Assembly (NCBI RefSeq): GCF_006345805.1
Contig: NC_043000.1
Coordinates: 103,602,001 to 103,666,000, forward strand
From: Octopus sinensis
Taxonomy: Eukaryota
Direction of reading: 5' to 3'
DNA length: 64,000 bases
Below the pieces are notes generated by a model, which was not told the origin of the DNA, ran no database searches, and saw nothing but the letters and a program-made list of their open reading frames with translations. Position numbers and translations under genes: made by a program. Every line of letters starts with the position of its first letter. The stretch's first letter is position 1. This document shows, piece by piece, positions 11,212 to 23,759 of this stretch.

Positions 11212-14080
11212 CTACGAAATAATCTCCCGTCTCTGTAGTACTCTGTATGGTCCAGAATACGTCGGACGGATTTGTGATGGTATTCCATTGTTCCGGATAA
11301 AAACGTGCGTCCATTGGTTAATATCCGAGGGGACATATGTGTCGGTTTTCTGCGAACGGGGTGCGTTTGGTGAGAGATGGGACATATATGCACAGAGACG
11401 ATGTACATAAGTTGTGGGATCAGGAATATCCTGTGGAGGAACTGGAGCAATCATCTGCCCAGACAGGGCCACCGTGGTGCCGTAAACTAACTCGGCCTGT
11501 GAGTGACCGATATCGTCCTTAATAGATACACGGATACCGAGCAGAATAAGCAGAAGGAATTCCATCCAACTGATTAGGTCTGGACATGCACGTACCGCTG
11601 ATTTCAGCTGCTTGTGGAATCTCTCCACCATACCGTTTGCCGCTGGATGGTATGCCGTTGTGCGGCAGTGTTTGGAGCCGAGCAGTTGCGTGAGTTCGCT
11701 GAAAAGGTGCGAATTGAATTGCCGTCCTCTGTCTGTCGTGATGGTTGCAGGGACACCAAAACGCGATACCCAGTATATCAACGCTTTAGCGACGATCTCC
11801 GCTGAAGTATCGTACAGAGGGAAAGCTTCGGACCATCGAAAAAAGCGGTCGATGCAGATCAACAGCTGCGTATAGTTATGGGACGGTGGTAGAGATCCCA
11901 CTTTACCTATGTGGATGTGTTAAAAACATGCGTCCGGTGTTATGAAAGTACCGGGAGGTGATTTTACATGTCTTTGAATTTTCGCCTTTTGACAAGCTAT
12001 GCAAATCTTAACCCAAGCGCGGATGTCCTTGTTAATGTTCGTCCACACAAAACGAGTTGTTATCATTTTCTGTGTGGAACGAATGCCGGGGTGTGATAGG
12101 CAGTGAAGGGCAGTGAAAATATGCCGTCGGTATTGTTTGGGGACGTAAGGGCGCTCGTGACCAGCGGAGGTATCGCAACATATCTGACATGTAGAAGATA
12201 ATGGGAACAGCTGGAACTTGAGGACGACGAATTCCGGAACTTATTAAGCTCTTCGTCGTTTTCCTGATTTGGCGCGATCAGCTGAAGATCGATAGTATCT
12301 GGAGCGTGCAGGGCGTTAAGATGGACGCGTGAAAGCACGTTTGCTGCTGAGTTGTCTGAGCCTTTGATATGCCGAATATCTGAGGAATATTGGGCGATGA
12401 AGTCGAGGTGACGGACTTCTCTAGGAGAATGACAGTCAGGTCTTTTTCTGGAGACATATACTAGCGGTTCATGGTTCGTGTAGATACTGAAAACAGACCA
12501 TTCTAACAAATGGCGGGAGTGCTTAACGGACAGATACACAGCCAGTAGCTCACGTCCAAAAGTACTGTATTTCGTCTCCGCATGCTGAAGTCATTTGGAG
12601 AAAAAGGACAATGGTTGCCAAACGGCATCAACCAACTGCTGAAGGACACCACCGACTCCGGACATGGACGCGTCAACCAGTAACGTGAGTGGAGCACCAG
12701 GTTTGGGGTAGACCAGCATCATGGCCCTAGCTAGGACATCCTTTAGTTTATTGAAGGTGACCAGCTCTGTGTCGCCTAACGTTATAGTCTTCTCTTCCTT
12801 GTTTTGTTGCGCAAAACATATGTAAGTGGCTGAGCTGTTTCGGCGCAGTGTGGTAGGAAATGCCGGTTGAAGTTAATTAATCCCAAAAATTCGCGCAGTT
12901 TCCGAAGGGATGTAGGAATAGGGAAATTGACTATTGCCTCCATCTTGTTGGGTAGTGGCCAGATTCCGTCCTTGTTGACAATAAGGCCGAGGAATGGAAG
13001 AGACGAGACACCAAAAATACACTTACTGGTGTTGATTACAATGCCGTACTCAGCTAACTGCTGGAATAGTTGATGTAAATGGTCTTCGTGTTCGGCCTCG
13101 GATTTACTTGCTACCAGTATATCGTTGATGTAAGCGTACACGAACAGTAAGCCTCTTGTGACGATGTCCATAAAGCGCTGGAATGTCTGCGCTGCGTTAC
13201 GGAGACTGAAGGCACCCGCAAAAACTCGAATAGTTTGAAGGGCGTGGCAATTGCCGTTTTTGAAACATCGGCAGATTCGACGGGTATCTGTTTGTAGGCC
13301 CGTACTAGGTCTATTTTAGAGAAAATCCGCACTCCGTTCAGTGAACTAGAAAAATCATGTAAGTGTAGTATAGGGTAGGTGTCAGGTACTGTAGCGTTGT
13401 TGAGGGCTCTGAAGCCTCTGCATGGACACCAGCCGTCCGTCTCCTTCTTAGGACCAAATGTAGTAGACTGGACCAACTGTTGCTGGATGGTTGAATGATC
13501 CCCAGGTCTAACATGTACTGAAACTCTTGTTTAGCGACCCGCAAGCGGTCAGGAGGCAGTCTTCGCGGTCGCGAGGCAACAGGTTGGCCAGTGGTTTCAA
13601 TATGGTGCGTAACCCTGTACTTGACGTCCTTGTTTTGGAATAGTGGTCGGGTGATGTCCGAGTATATACGGGGGATCACCTCGTATCGGCTGGTTTCTGA
13701 ACGTAGCATGACTGGACCTACTGTGGACATACGTGCGGTTATACCGCGCACAGTGAGGTCACTCGTTGTATCGACGAGTCTACCTTGCTTGACGTCGACA
13801 ATAAGGCTGAAGTGATGCAAAATATCAGCGCCTATAATTGGAGTGGGTAACTTAACAAGGACGAAAATCCATTGTAAAGCGCGACGAAGGCCTAAATTTA
13901 ACGTGAGGGACTGCTCGCCACAAGTCTGGATGAGTGATTGATTAATAGCCTGAAGAAGGGTCGGCGTTTTTTATTCTGTGACCCGACGTAAGTGAGACGG
14001 AGATGATGCTAACCTCAACTCCAGTGTCTACGAGGAAACGGGTACATGTAGTACGATTGTTGACGAAGAGAAGGTGACTT
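11212..14080 (-). pseudogene. pol: Gypsy pol (PR/RT/RNase H/integrase), frameshifted
   Basis: ORF pieces 11212-11901, 12063-12539, 12782-13171, 13111-13476 and 13338-13820 carry the successive pol motifs. Confidence 0.9.
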
Positions 14081-14544
14081 TGTTTACCTGCGCCAGGAGC
14101 GCCCGTCGCCCCTAAAACCTGGCTTGGTCATTTTTCGAGCTGGCAAAGGTACGTATGTTGAATGACCAGGGTGGCTTGCAGGAACGCACGAGCTTGTCGT
14201 ATTTCTTGTGGAAAAAACAAAACCGAGGAAATCGCCGAGTGATGCTAGGGCTCCTCGAATATCGTCTATTAAAGGGGTCGGTTGTAGTTGTGAAGTGAGG
14301 GGCTGCGACATGTCAGCCCTTGTAATTTGCCGAAGGTGTTTGTATCTGCGTGGTCTGTTGAGTCACGAGTGCGCGTAGCTCCAGCAGTTCGAGAACAGGT
14401 TAGCCGCATCAGCGATTCGATCTGCTATCTCGTCCAGTTCATCGACAGAGGCCAATTCCTTAGTAGATGCCAATATTATTTGTGTGTTGGTAGACGTTTC
14501 AGGCAAGTGTGATCTCCTAGCAGTTGTTCCATCTGTCGTAATAG

Positions 14545-14850
14545 TTATGACGACGTTTTGTCATCCAACACTTCAGAAATTAAAAGCTGATGCATTCGCC
14601 GCTGCTCAGAGTCGAAGGTTCTTTTGATGAGTTCAGTTTTAAAAGTGTCGTAAGACACGGAACCTGGAGGGGCCATAATCAAGTCCCTGACCCCCATCAT
14701 TATTTCTGGTGAAAAAACACCAATCAAGTGTGTTAATTCCGCTGCGTCGCTCGCTATTCGATTTGAAGCAAACTGAGCCTTGACGTGGGCGAACCAGAGG
14801 ACCAAATCGAAAGACTAGAAGGAAGGCACCTTTATTGAAATTGTGGCCTG
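14545..14850 (-). pseudogene. gag: Gypsy gag fragment
   Basis: LWFAHVKAQF, VRDLIMAPP, LIKRTFDSEQRRMHQLL motifs. Confidence 0.85.
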
Positions 14851-15883
14851 AGGCAGTGCCATGTCTACGGAAGAAGAGGATGCAGGAGCGTCTTGCTCTG
14901 GAAAGTGCATATATTCAGATGAAATATCCACCTGAAGGTATTGGATGCCAAGCACCAAATCTGAAAATAATGGATGCCAAGCACCAAATCTGAAAATAAT
15001 GAAAAAGAAGGCAGTAATTCCTCTTTGTTGGGTCAGTGGATTCTTTTTTAAGCTGAAGTAGTAAGGAAAAGATATCAGCTAATGTAGCTTCAGAAGGCAG
15101 CAATTCTTTTTGGACGAGGTCACCAATTTGTAACGGTAATGTTTTTAGTTGAAGTCGAGGGTTACCGATTGTAACGGCTGTTGTTAAGGTATTGGTTGCC
15201 AGTGTGCAAGATGGAAGAAGAACAGCGATCGAAGTCTTAAGGAAATATTTATTTACTGATACTTTGCATAATGACTTGCCTCGACGGGCAAGTGTGTGTA
15301 TCATATAAAAACGATAGAGTTATCTTTTCTTGTATGTTGTTGCTGGTTATGTTTGGTCAACTGCTAGCTGCCCAACTAGGAATTAGCGGAAGATATTGTG
15401 AATGTTAAACGTAAGGAGTCGATACCTTCATGGTGCCTGACATTTAAACGGCAGTAGTGTTGTGATAAGACACTGTATCATAGCTGACATTCTCACTAGT
15501 AATCCTTCTCTCAGTTGAATTATCTCACTAACTGGATTCTGCCTATGGTCGCCTCTCCGTCATCTTTTTGCCAACTAACTTTTTCCTACAGTGTGGTAGT
15601 ATTTATAATTTTCCAAACTAGTTAGAAGAAGAGACATATTGGTGAGAACAATAGATTTCGTTGGCGGTATGTTATCTCTATTCTAGCTTTAGGTGACCTA
15701 AAAGTGGTTATAAGTGTCAAGGAGCAAAGACATTATTCTGCTTAGCGAAGGCATCCGGCAAGTGTAACCGCTGTCACTCACAGAACAACTATTGTTTTAC
15801 TGTGAGAAAAGTGCTGTTGAACTGTTAAGTGAAATTTGGCGAAAGAGGATCGAATCCACGCTATGCCTGCATGAACCACTACA

Positions 15884-15923
<40 letters not shown>

Positions 15924-15948
15924 TGATCAACGATATGAATGCACTTAC

Positions 15949-16334
15949 AATGTTTTAAATTATTGTAAAAGGGTAAAGACCCCCTTCGGTCATGAATGAC
16001 CATGGGATTGCACCTAGAAAGTTACCCTCCCAGGCACAAGTCCAGGCAAGGTTGTTTATGGAAGGCCAGCAGTCGCCCATGCATACCAGCCTCCCCTATC
16101 CACGCCACCAGTGTTATCCAAGGGAAAGACAAAGGTCGATACAGCTTGCCACCAGTGACGTCGCAACTCATTTCTACAGCTGAGTGAACTGGGGCAACGT
16201 GAAATAAAGTGCCTTGCTCAAGAACACAACACGCAGCCCGGTCCGGGATTCGAGCTCACAACCTCACGATCGACGCTCTAACCACTGAGTCATGCGCCTT
16301 CACTTATTATTGTAGGTACATGAATATTACTTCA
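15949..16334 (-). pseudogene. Dead 39-nt micro-exon split by a SINE
   Basis: Removing the SINE (15968-16305) and one copy of the 9-bp TSD attattgta leaves exactly 39 nt between tttcag and gtaagt. It has stop codons in all three frames. Confidence 0.45.
15968..16305 (-). mobile_element. Type C tRNA-derived SINE with 9-bp TSD
   Basis: Head gcgcatgactcagtggttagagcg...ctcgaatccc (A/B-box-like); TSD attattgta at 15959-15967 and 16306-16314. Confidence 0.88.
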
Positions 16335-16436
16335 CTGAAATTAGTCCAGAAATTTTGGAGTTAGAGATAGAATTTAAAATGACTATTATGAAATTGTGAT
16401 GAAGTAAGTTACCTTTACAAGTTGATACCCAATTAA

Positions 16437-16484
16437 CCTCTTAAACTGATGTCACAGAGACCCATCTCTGTGACATCAGAAGGT
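16437..16484. mobile_element. Tiny TTAA-flanked hairpin (possible piggyBac-type MITE remnant)
   Basis: Perfect 15-bp stem ctgatgtcacagaga-ccca-tctctgtgacatcag (16446-16479), TTAA at 16433-16436 and 16485-16488. Confidence 0.45.
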
Positions 16485-17023
16485 TTAATTCGAATATTCT
16501 GTAAGTTCAACTAGAGAAAGAAGTTTTCGATTCTGAGCCCGTAAATGCATTTAACATTTGTCATTGAATACGTAAATATATATTATATAAAGGTAAAAAA
16601 AAAAGCACTGCTCTGATTATACCGTATGATCACAGTATATTTAACGATTAGCTTCTGATCGCAATTAAAGATTATCTTATAGTAATTTGTTACTAAAACT
16701 GGCAGTGTATTTCCATTTCTCGTTGATTGTTCATTTGCATAGCGAGAAGGCAGCATACATTTGTACCACAAGAGCTGTCTCTATACAATTTACTGAATTT
16801 CGTTGTTCAAAATTGCTCCTGATCTGTAGACAACGCTAGAAACGACAGGTTACACACCTCCAATATCTTTTCTGTTTTTGTTGTTAGCCTTCCCTTGATA
16901 TATAGACTATCTCAAAAGAGACAAAAGTAGAGTGAAGGAAAAGACAATTGCAGCAACTAAAGCAGAAAATAGCTTCTTTCAAGCTTCACCATATAAAGAG
17001 AAATATAAGAAAATTAAGCTTAC

Positions 17024-17062
17024 TATTATTACAGGAATCAGTCTTTTGCGTTGCCGGATCTT
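17024..17062 (-). CDS. 39-nt symmetric phase-1 micro-exon, (E)DPATQKTDSCNN
   Basis: Acceptor tattccctgttttcag, donor A|gtaagc, length divisible by 3, open in phase 1. Confidence 0.65.
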
Positions 17063-17429
17063 CTGAAAACAGGGAATAGTTTCAATATATATTTCTTAAA
17101 TTGAATATTTATTTCAGAAAAATTTATACGATACGAATGTTATTCAACTTTATTTGCAATTATAATTAAAATTAAGTTCTGAAGTTGTCAATATATCTAT
17201 TATATGTTTTATCTCACTTACTGTGCCTTCTATAAGGTAAATGTTTCTGCAGGCCTCGATGTAATGACGGGGGCCTATCTTCAATACTGGTTTCATATTT
17301 TCAAGCATGTATTATTTAACACATAGAATTGGATACTGTGCCACATTAATATCACCCCATTCAAAATCAATCCGGTAACTAGTAATTAGCTCTTTAACTA
17401 CATAACTGGTAGACATCACGATCGAGGGA

Positions 17430-18050
17430 TCGCGATATCAATCAGCGTACAAGTATTTACGATCCACTTCTTGACTATTACGTCTGGACGCTTTGCCTTG
17501 AACCTCTTATCAGGTCATATATTGTTTTTCACGTATGTTTATACCACTTTTTATCCAATTTCATGTCGAAGAGTTGGTATAGTACTCCAGCATGTCTTAA
17601 ATCCGGAAATGATGTTGTCAACCATCTCATTCTACTTGTTGCATAGTCTGCGTTTGATGCTGTCATCATTCCCAATTTCATTTCAGTAGTTATTTTTGGC
17701 AACGTTATTTTTGATTTTGTGTAGACGCTTCTGTTTCTACATTAATCCAGAGCTTTCGAACCATTGCTGGCTTCCGTTCAGGCTTGTTTCTTCTCCATCG
17801 GGTCCTGTGGGATATTGGCCATAGAATATTTTCTTCTTTCCATTTTACTTTAGCAGATTCTAGAATTTCATTTTCACTTTGTCTTTTCTTTCTTATTCAT
17901 TTTACTGTCGTTATTTTGTAGTAGCTGTCTATGTTTTTGTCAGTCACTGCCCTCATTGTGTATGAGGTAGATGTATTCTATCTATACCAGATTTGAGGTG
18001 CTAACTTCTGAAAGCTATAAATATTTTCGTGGGGTGGGGTTTATCCAAAC
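17430..18050 (-). mobile_element. Old R4/Dong-type LINE fragment
   Basis: HLKSGIDRIHLP and KRPDVIVKK...CTLIDIAIP remnants among many stops. Confidence 0.7.
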
Positions 18051-19602
18051 TCCTCAATTCACTTAAATTCTCTATCTTTATATCCTTGAGGAGAGGTATT
18101 GTCTTGACGAAAAGGGATTTTTGTTGCTCCTGATACGGTTGTCTTCGATGTCCTGGAATTGATATTATCATCTATGTCATAGACGATAGTGTAAGTAACT
18201 TTTCGTTACTAGTTTTGCTGTCTGTATGTGGGATGTGTGAGGTTTTATTTTTTCATGATTGCATTTTCAGAATCATATTGCTTTCTTGTTTTCTTTTGTG
18301 TAGGATTAACCGATAGGAAAGGGAAGTGTAAAACCCTCTCAAACTAGTTACTTGGAGCAACGGCACTAAGTCATTCAGACAGGATAGGTTATTCATGAGG
18401 CCCGTAATAACTAAATAGGGTATAACGAACATGTTTAATGAGGATAAATACAACGTGAGATGGAAATGAACTGGTAAGCGACATTTTATTCTCCGTTATA
18501 AAATACAATAACTGCCATACATGAAATAAAATTACATAACACAAATGTGTGAGAGAACTTCGTAGTTAGGACGGACTGTCGATGTCGTAGACACATTTGA
18601 CGTACTGTTTATGGTGTGTAGAGGCAGGTGTTTGGTCTGTGGTCTTCATGCAGCAATGATGTAGACAGGCGTCTGGTGGAGATGATGAGAGCGGAGAGTG
18701 ACTGGTGTAAAGACATCGTTGCTAGAGACGAGATGCGTGTGTGGTTAGTGGCGAGTGCCAAAGACCTAAAGCAGTCGAAACTTGTCCTTCTCATTGGGAA
18801 TAGTGGGCTCCCAGAAGCTGGTGAAAGTTTTTCCGCTAAGAGAACTCGTGATCTATTTTAGCGCATCTGATTAGTTGACCGTGTAAATAGGCGCAATTGT
18901 TTAGGGGACAATTTTCGCCTAAAAACTAACTAATCAGGACAGTGGTTACAACCTGGTCTTTATAGCTAAGTGTTCTCTGCTACGTCCAAACAATAACTAT
19001 AAATCAAAGGGTGAGAGAATAATTTGCTTTCTTTTACTTTGTCCATCCGTTCTGCTAAAAGGGTAATCAAAAATATAGAACTGGTATTTCAGATAAGTAA
19101 AGTACCAGTTCTGTATTAAGGTCGATTGTCTGTTTTTTTCTGCCTTTCTCAAGCTGTTCCTCTCTCTGTCAAGAAGAAATGGGTTATGATCAAACTTGAA
19201 AAGGAACGGGATGCTGAAGACACGCCTTATATTAAGGTTGCACCTCCACTATTCTATCAGGCATAGGGGGCCTAAAACAAATGCGATTGCAGGAATTTCT
19301 ACTTCAAGTCACACTAATAGCAGAACTTCAAATAGTTACTTCAAGTTAACCAAACAATAGTCTATGATACAGAACTATCATTGTTTAAAACAGTGAGCTA
19401 TGCCATATATGATACCTGGTTACAGGTATATGAAGCAAATCAGGTGAGAGTTAAGTGCCCTCTATTGTAGCTTTGCACAGCATTGCTAACAGATATATGA
19501 TTCGCAGAAACTTTCATCGGTCTTATACGCAATTGAAACTACCAGTGGCAGGTGTTTTGGAATAAATATAGGTTGGAAAATAACAAAATATAATCAACGT
19601 AC

Positions 19603-19663
19603 CTTGTTGAGACCAGGTAATTCCAGCAATCAGAATAACTTGGAAAAGTATCAGCAAATGCAT
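19603..19663 (-). CDS. First coding exon of a predicted secreted micro-exon gene; signal peptide MHLLILFQVILIAGITWSQQ, phase-1 donor (exon with 5' UTR part spans 19603-19688)
   Basis: Minus strand: acceptor tcttgtctttactttcccacag, ATG at 19663, 20 codons of hydrophobic signal-peptide character plus 1 nt, donor AAG|gtacgt. Confidence 0.7.
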
Positions 19664-19881
19664 ATCGTTGTGATTAATAAGAATTAAACTGTGGGAAAGT
19701 AAAGACAAGAATGCAACAGAAGTGATTGGAAAATATCAGACTACTTAGTTTTTATTCAGAATGGTGGGGACTTCTATTGGCTGAAACAACTCGAGATTTT
19801 CCTATACTAATTCCTATTCAGTTTCAACAGGGAATAGTGTGTGTGTGTGTGTGTGTGTGTGTTGTGTGTGTGTGTGTGTGT

Positions 19882-19932
<51 letters not shown>

Positions 19933-20097
19933 TGTATTTTATAAAGTTTAGGATAAATACAGTGTCATTTTGATTAAGTACTGCAGAGCAAATGAGGGCA
20001 ACTTTTGCAAATTAATCTTAATTCAGGATGAAATATGGATTATAAATGGTCTAAGATTGAAGTGAAAATGTGCGACAAGTATAGAAATTATTTGTAG

Positions 20098-20105
20098 AAG
20101 AAGAA

Positions 20106-20136
<31 letters not shown>

Positions 20137-20182
20137 AAGAAGAAGAAGAAGAAGAAGAAGAAGAAGAAGAAGAAGAAGAAGA
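20098..20182. repeat. (GAA)n microsatellite
   Basis: Seen directly. Confidence 0.95.
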
Positions 20183-21695
20183 ATCAAACAATCAGTGATG
20201 AGGCAAAGGATCAGGAGAGAATGTTATCGCAGAGTAAGAGCAATACTCAAGACAGAGCTGAATGCAAGAAACAGGATCGAAGTGCTCAATACTTTAGTCA
20301 TACCAGTCATGACTTACAGTTCCAGTATCATTAACTGGTCAATTACTGAAATATGTAATCTTGACAGAAAAATACGAAAATTGTTGACAATGAATAGAGT
20401 GCGTCACCCTAAGGCAGATATAGAACGACTTTATCTGCTAAGAAAAGAGGAAGGGCGTGGACCTTTACAACTGGAATTAACAATGAAGATTACCACAACT
20501 GGCCTAGACGCTTACCTGAAAAACTCTGAGGACTGGATATTAAAACTGGTCTCAAAACATGAAAACAAGAAAGCATCATACTCAGTAACAAAACAGGCAA
20601 ATGATTATTTGAGTGAATTCCAAATGCAACAAAAATTCCAGAATTAGACGTACAAGAAACAAGCACAGAAAAAGCTAAGCGTATGAAAACCCGTGCTAAA
20701 ACTGCTGCCTTAGATATTCTCACTGATAAACGGCAAAAAAAAACTCTCAATGGCAAATACCCAAAGAAAGCTAACAATGCCGATGTTGACAAAGCCCTTA
20801 CCCATCAATGGCTAATGGCCTCTGGTTTAAAATCAGAAACAGAAGGGTTTATTATAGCAGCCCAAGATCAATGCCTACCTACTAGAAACTACTAGGCCAA
20901 CATATTAAAGAACGGCAGCTGTCCAACATGTCGTGTATGTCAACAACAAAAGGAAACCATTGATCATGTTGTCTCCATGTGCAGTCTTCTTGCGCCTACA
21001 GAGTATCTCAACAGGCATGATAGAACAGCACAATATATTCACTGGGTAATTTGCAAAAAGCTTGACTTGCCCCATGATAAAAACTGGTGGGAACACAAAC
21101 CACCTCCAGTGCTTGAAAATGATCACATTTCACTCGTTTGGAACTTCACCATTCAAACTGATAGAAAGATAGATGCAAATAGGCCAGACATTATATTGAA
21201 AGACTTCAAACAAATATTATGCCTCCTCGTTGATATGGCCGTCCCAATCGATATAAATGCATGTCAAGACCTACAAAAAACTGAGCAAATATAAAGATCT
21301 TGAAATAGAAATTGGCAAAATGTGGAACCTGAAGACTAAAACAATACCTGTTGTCATAGGTGCCCTAGGAATGATAGCAAAATGGCTATCATTCCTAACT
21401 GGTTGCTACTTAGCTCAGATACAAGGAAACCCCAAAATGGCAGAAATTAAAAAGATAGTGCTCCTGAGAACTGCCCATATCATACATAAAATACTGTCTA
21501 TGTAACCTCAAAATTTAAAACTAACTCATAATTTTCTTATGTTTTTTTAAACATTATCTAGAACAATACGATGTACAAAACCAAATATATGACACGCTAG
21601 GCATCACACCAATATGGACTTCTAACTTGTCTCTTGAGGCCTCTGGGTGAGACTTGGAGCCAACTTGTACAAATGCAAAGCAAAAGTCCAGCATA
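20183..21695 (+). mobile_element. 5'-truncated R4/Dong-type LINE (RLE endonuclease)
   Basis: HPKADIERLYL, ETEGFIIAAQDQ, CRVC...ETIDHVVSMC, RPDII...LVDMAVP, KLSKYKDL, IPVVIGALG; (TAA)n at the 3' end, (GAA)n at the 5' junction. Confidence 0.92.
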
Positions 21696-22659
21696 TAATA
21701 ATAATAATGATGAATAATATTAATGCGCCAAATTGTTTTTAATACGTTCCTGACGCGTGTGTCACGCTTAAGAGAAAGAAACTTTTGAAAGAAATTTTGT
21801 TGCTTAATTAAAATTTTTTAACTAGAACGCATGCAATTTCTGTAAGAGATTTGAGACCATTGCCTATGTGTTGTATTATTACTTCTTAACACCCATACCT
21901 ACTGGGCCACTGAAGCAGCAGCGATCTTAATGAGAAAAATTAAGATTCTTAAATTTAATGCGTGTGTAGAGCAGTGGAGAGAGGAAGTGAGAGAGAAAGA
22001 GAAAGAGGAGAGAGAAAGAGAGACATGACGGCATGACACTGTCTTTTCGGAGTGATTGATAGGCACGATTGAACTGAAATTGACCCCTGGATATTAAAGG
22101 CCCAGCAACACACACACACATTTGTTTTAAGTCTTCTACCCATTTGAATTCGGCCATACACCAGATAACATGGTAAGTCTTATGTTCCGAAATCTAAATT
22201 TTGAATTTGTTTTAATTATAAAATTACACCTTAGCTAAAAAAAAACATCTTTTGGCTTTCGAATATAAACTTTTCTTTCTCTTTCTATATTTTTGTTAAA
22301 TTTCTCTGTTTTGGTCAGGATTTTTCCAATTTCTTTTTCCTTGTATCAAGTAGTGGACGAAAGCATGTTCAGCAGAAGAGGCTGATAGAAAAAGCACCAG
22401 GTTTACAGGGAATAAATCAATTTCTTCGACTAAAGGGCCATGCTTCAGCAAGGCCACCGTCAAATGACTGAAACAAGTAAAAGAATAAAAGGATACGAAG
22501 AAAGCAATCGGTACCACTAAAGAGGGTTCTCTGAATATGTACGATGTATTTTAAGGCTAAATAGTAATTCTGTTTACATTTGCGTAATTGAGATATTTTG
22601 GTTGGATTATATATAGTTATCGGTTTTACACTTCTTTCTATATTCTGTAACTGTCGCAA

Positions 22660-22880
22660 TATACTTTTCTACTATAGGCACAAGTCCTGAAATTTTGTTG
22701 GGGGAGGGGGCCAGTCGATTAGATCGACTCCTGTACGCAACTGGTACTTAATTTATCGACTCCGAACGGATGAAATCAAAGTCGACCAAAGCAGAATTTG
22801 AACTCAGAACGAAAAGACAGACGAAATAACGCTAAGCATTTCGCCCGTCGTGCTAACGATTCTACCAGCTTGCCGCCTTT
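22660..22880 (-). mobile_element. Type A SINE
   Basis: Reverse complement of the type A consensus; more minus copies at ~26205-26590, 41105-41290, 53185-53370 and 61290-61430. Confidence 0.85.
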
Positions 22881-23188
22881 AACTGTCACATTTCTCATGG
22901 CACCAGAACACAATTTACAGAAGCACACATTTTTTTATATTTTCACGAGTCCAGCTAGTAATAATGATTTCTTTTATTGGCGACAAGGGCCTAAGGCACG
23001 GGGAACAATATTAAATGACGAGTTACAGCACACAAAACAAAACCAAAAAAGATGCAAAAACAAAAGCAAAAATAGGTAGGGTTTCATCGATCAAAGGGAG
23101 ATACTATCATATTAAGGAATATATAATAGATATTTAAAAAGAGGGTGTATAATAGAAATTAGAGAAATATATATCCTCTGTTATATCC

Positions 23189-23189
<1 letters not shown>

Positions 23190-23241
<52 letters not shown>

Positions 23242-23266
23242 CGATGACGATGACGATGACGACGAC

Positions 23267-23311
<45 letters not shown>

Positions 23312-23312
23312 A
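23190..23312. repeat. (GAT)n/(GAC)n microsatellite
   Basis: Seen directly. Confidence 0.95.
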
Positions 23313-23314
23313 AT

Positions 23315-23750
23315 CCTTTCTTTATTAACCACTGTGGTTTCATATAAAAAAGGCTGATTACGGTACAGGACAATACGATGTATATAGAGTGGAACAGAAT
23401 CGTGTAAAAAGGAAATAGCAATAAAAATTATAGCAAGTATATCCCCAAAAGAGGGTGACTCAAAGGGCTGCTCCTAGAAATCCCACAAAAAACACGATCA
23501 CCCTAACGACTAGGGCAAGTATCCTCTCCATTTCATCTACCCTCGATCTAAAGGTGCAGCCCTTTCAACTTGGTCCAACACACAATCTCATCTGTTAAGG
23601 CCACTAGACAAAGAAACAACGGAAGGTGGCGGGTGATCTTCCCGATGGACTCAGCTGACCACTGGATCCGCCCCACACGCAAAACCCACAAGTCAGCAGT
23701 GTTCGGACACTGGACAAAAGCGATCAGAACAGTTTTGTAGCTCTGCAGGC
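23315..23750 (-). mobile_element. 3'-terminal fragment of an L1/Tx1-clade LINE
   Basis: VQCPNTADLW, RVGRIQWSAESI and LFLCLVAL match the C-terminus of the 58307-58906 ORF; ends AATAAAG next to (GAT)n. Confidence 0.8.
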
Positions 23751-23759
23751 ACCTCTAGC

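Larger units (their letters stand above)
11030..15500 (-). mobile_element. Degenerate Ty3/Gypsy LTR retrotransposon (gag-PR-RT-RH-IN) in the same orientation as the host intron
   Basis: Gag WFAHVKAQF...ELIKRT; protease FLVDTG (~14040); [10 protein letters not shown] and YINDIL; RNase H YTNHEPL; integrase TTDRGRQF and [16 protein letters not shown]; PBS tggtgacctcgtc at 15113-15125. Many frameshifts; right boundary approximate and no 3' LTR found. Confidence 0.92.

Noticed and set aside
15799-15819. Possible 21-nt phase-1 exon (I)QQHFSH
   Set aside because: Weaker gtaaaa donor and lies in SINE-like sequence.
16230-16305. tRNA-like A/B boxes here and at 7375-7440
   Set aside because: SINE heads; no complete cloverleaf, so not tRNA genes.
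17221-17285. Strong minus-strand donor (ACA|gtaagt) with possible exon VLKIGPRHYIEACRNIYLIEGT
   Set aside because: Weak purine-rich acceptor and phase 1 to 0, which breaks the frame of the symmetric exons; left out of the model but worth checking in RNA-seq.
18328-18950. Possible solo LTR (TGTA...TACA)
   Set aside because: No matching TSD and no second copy in the window.
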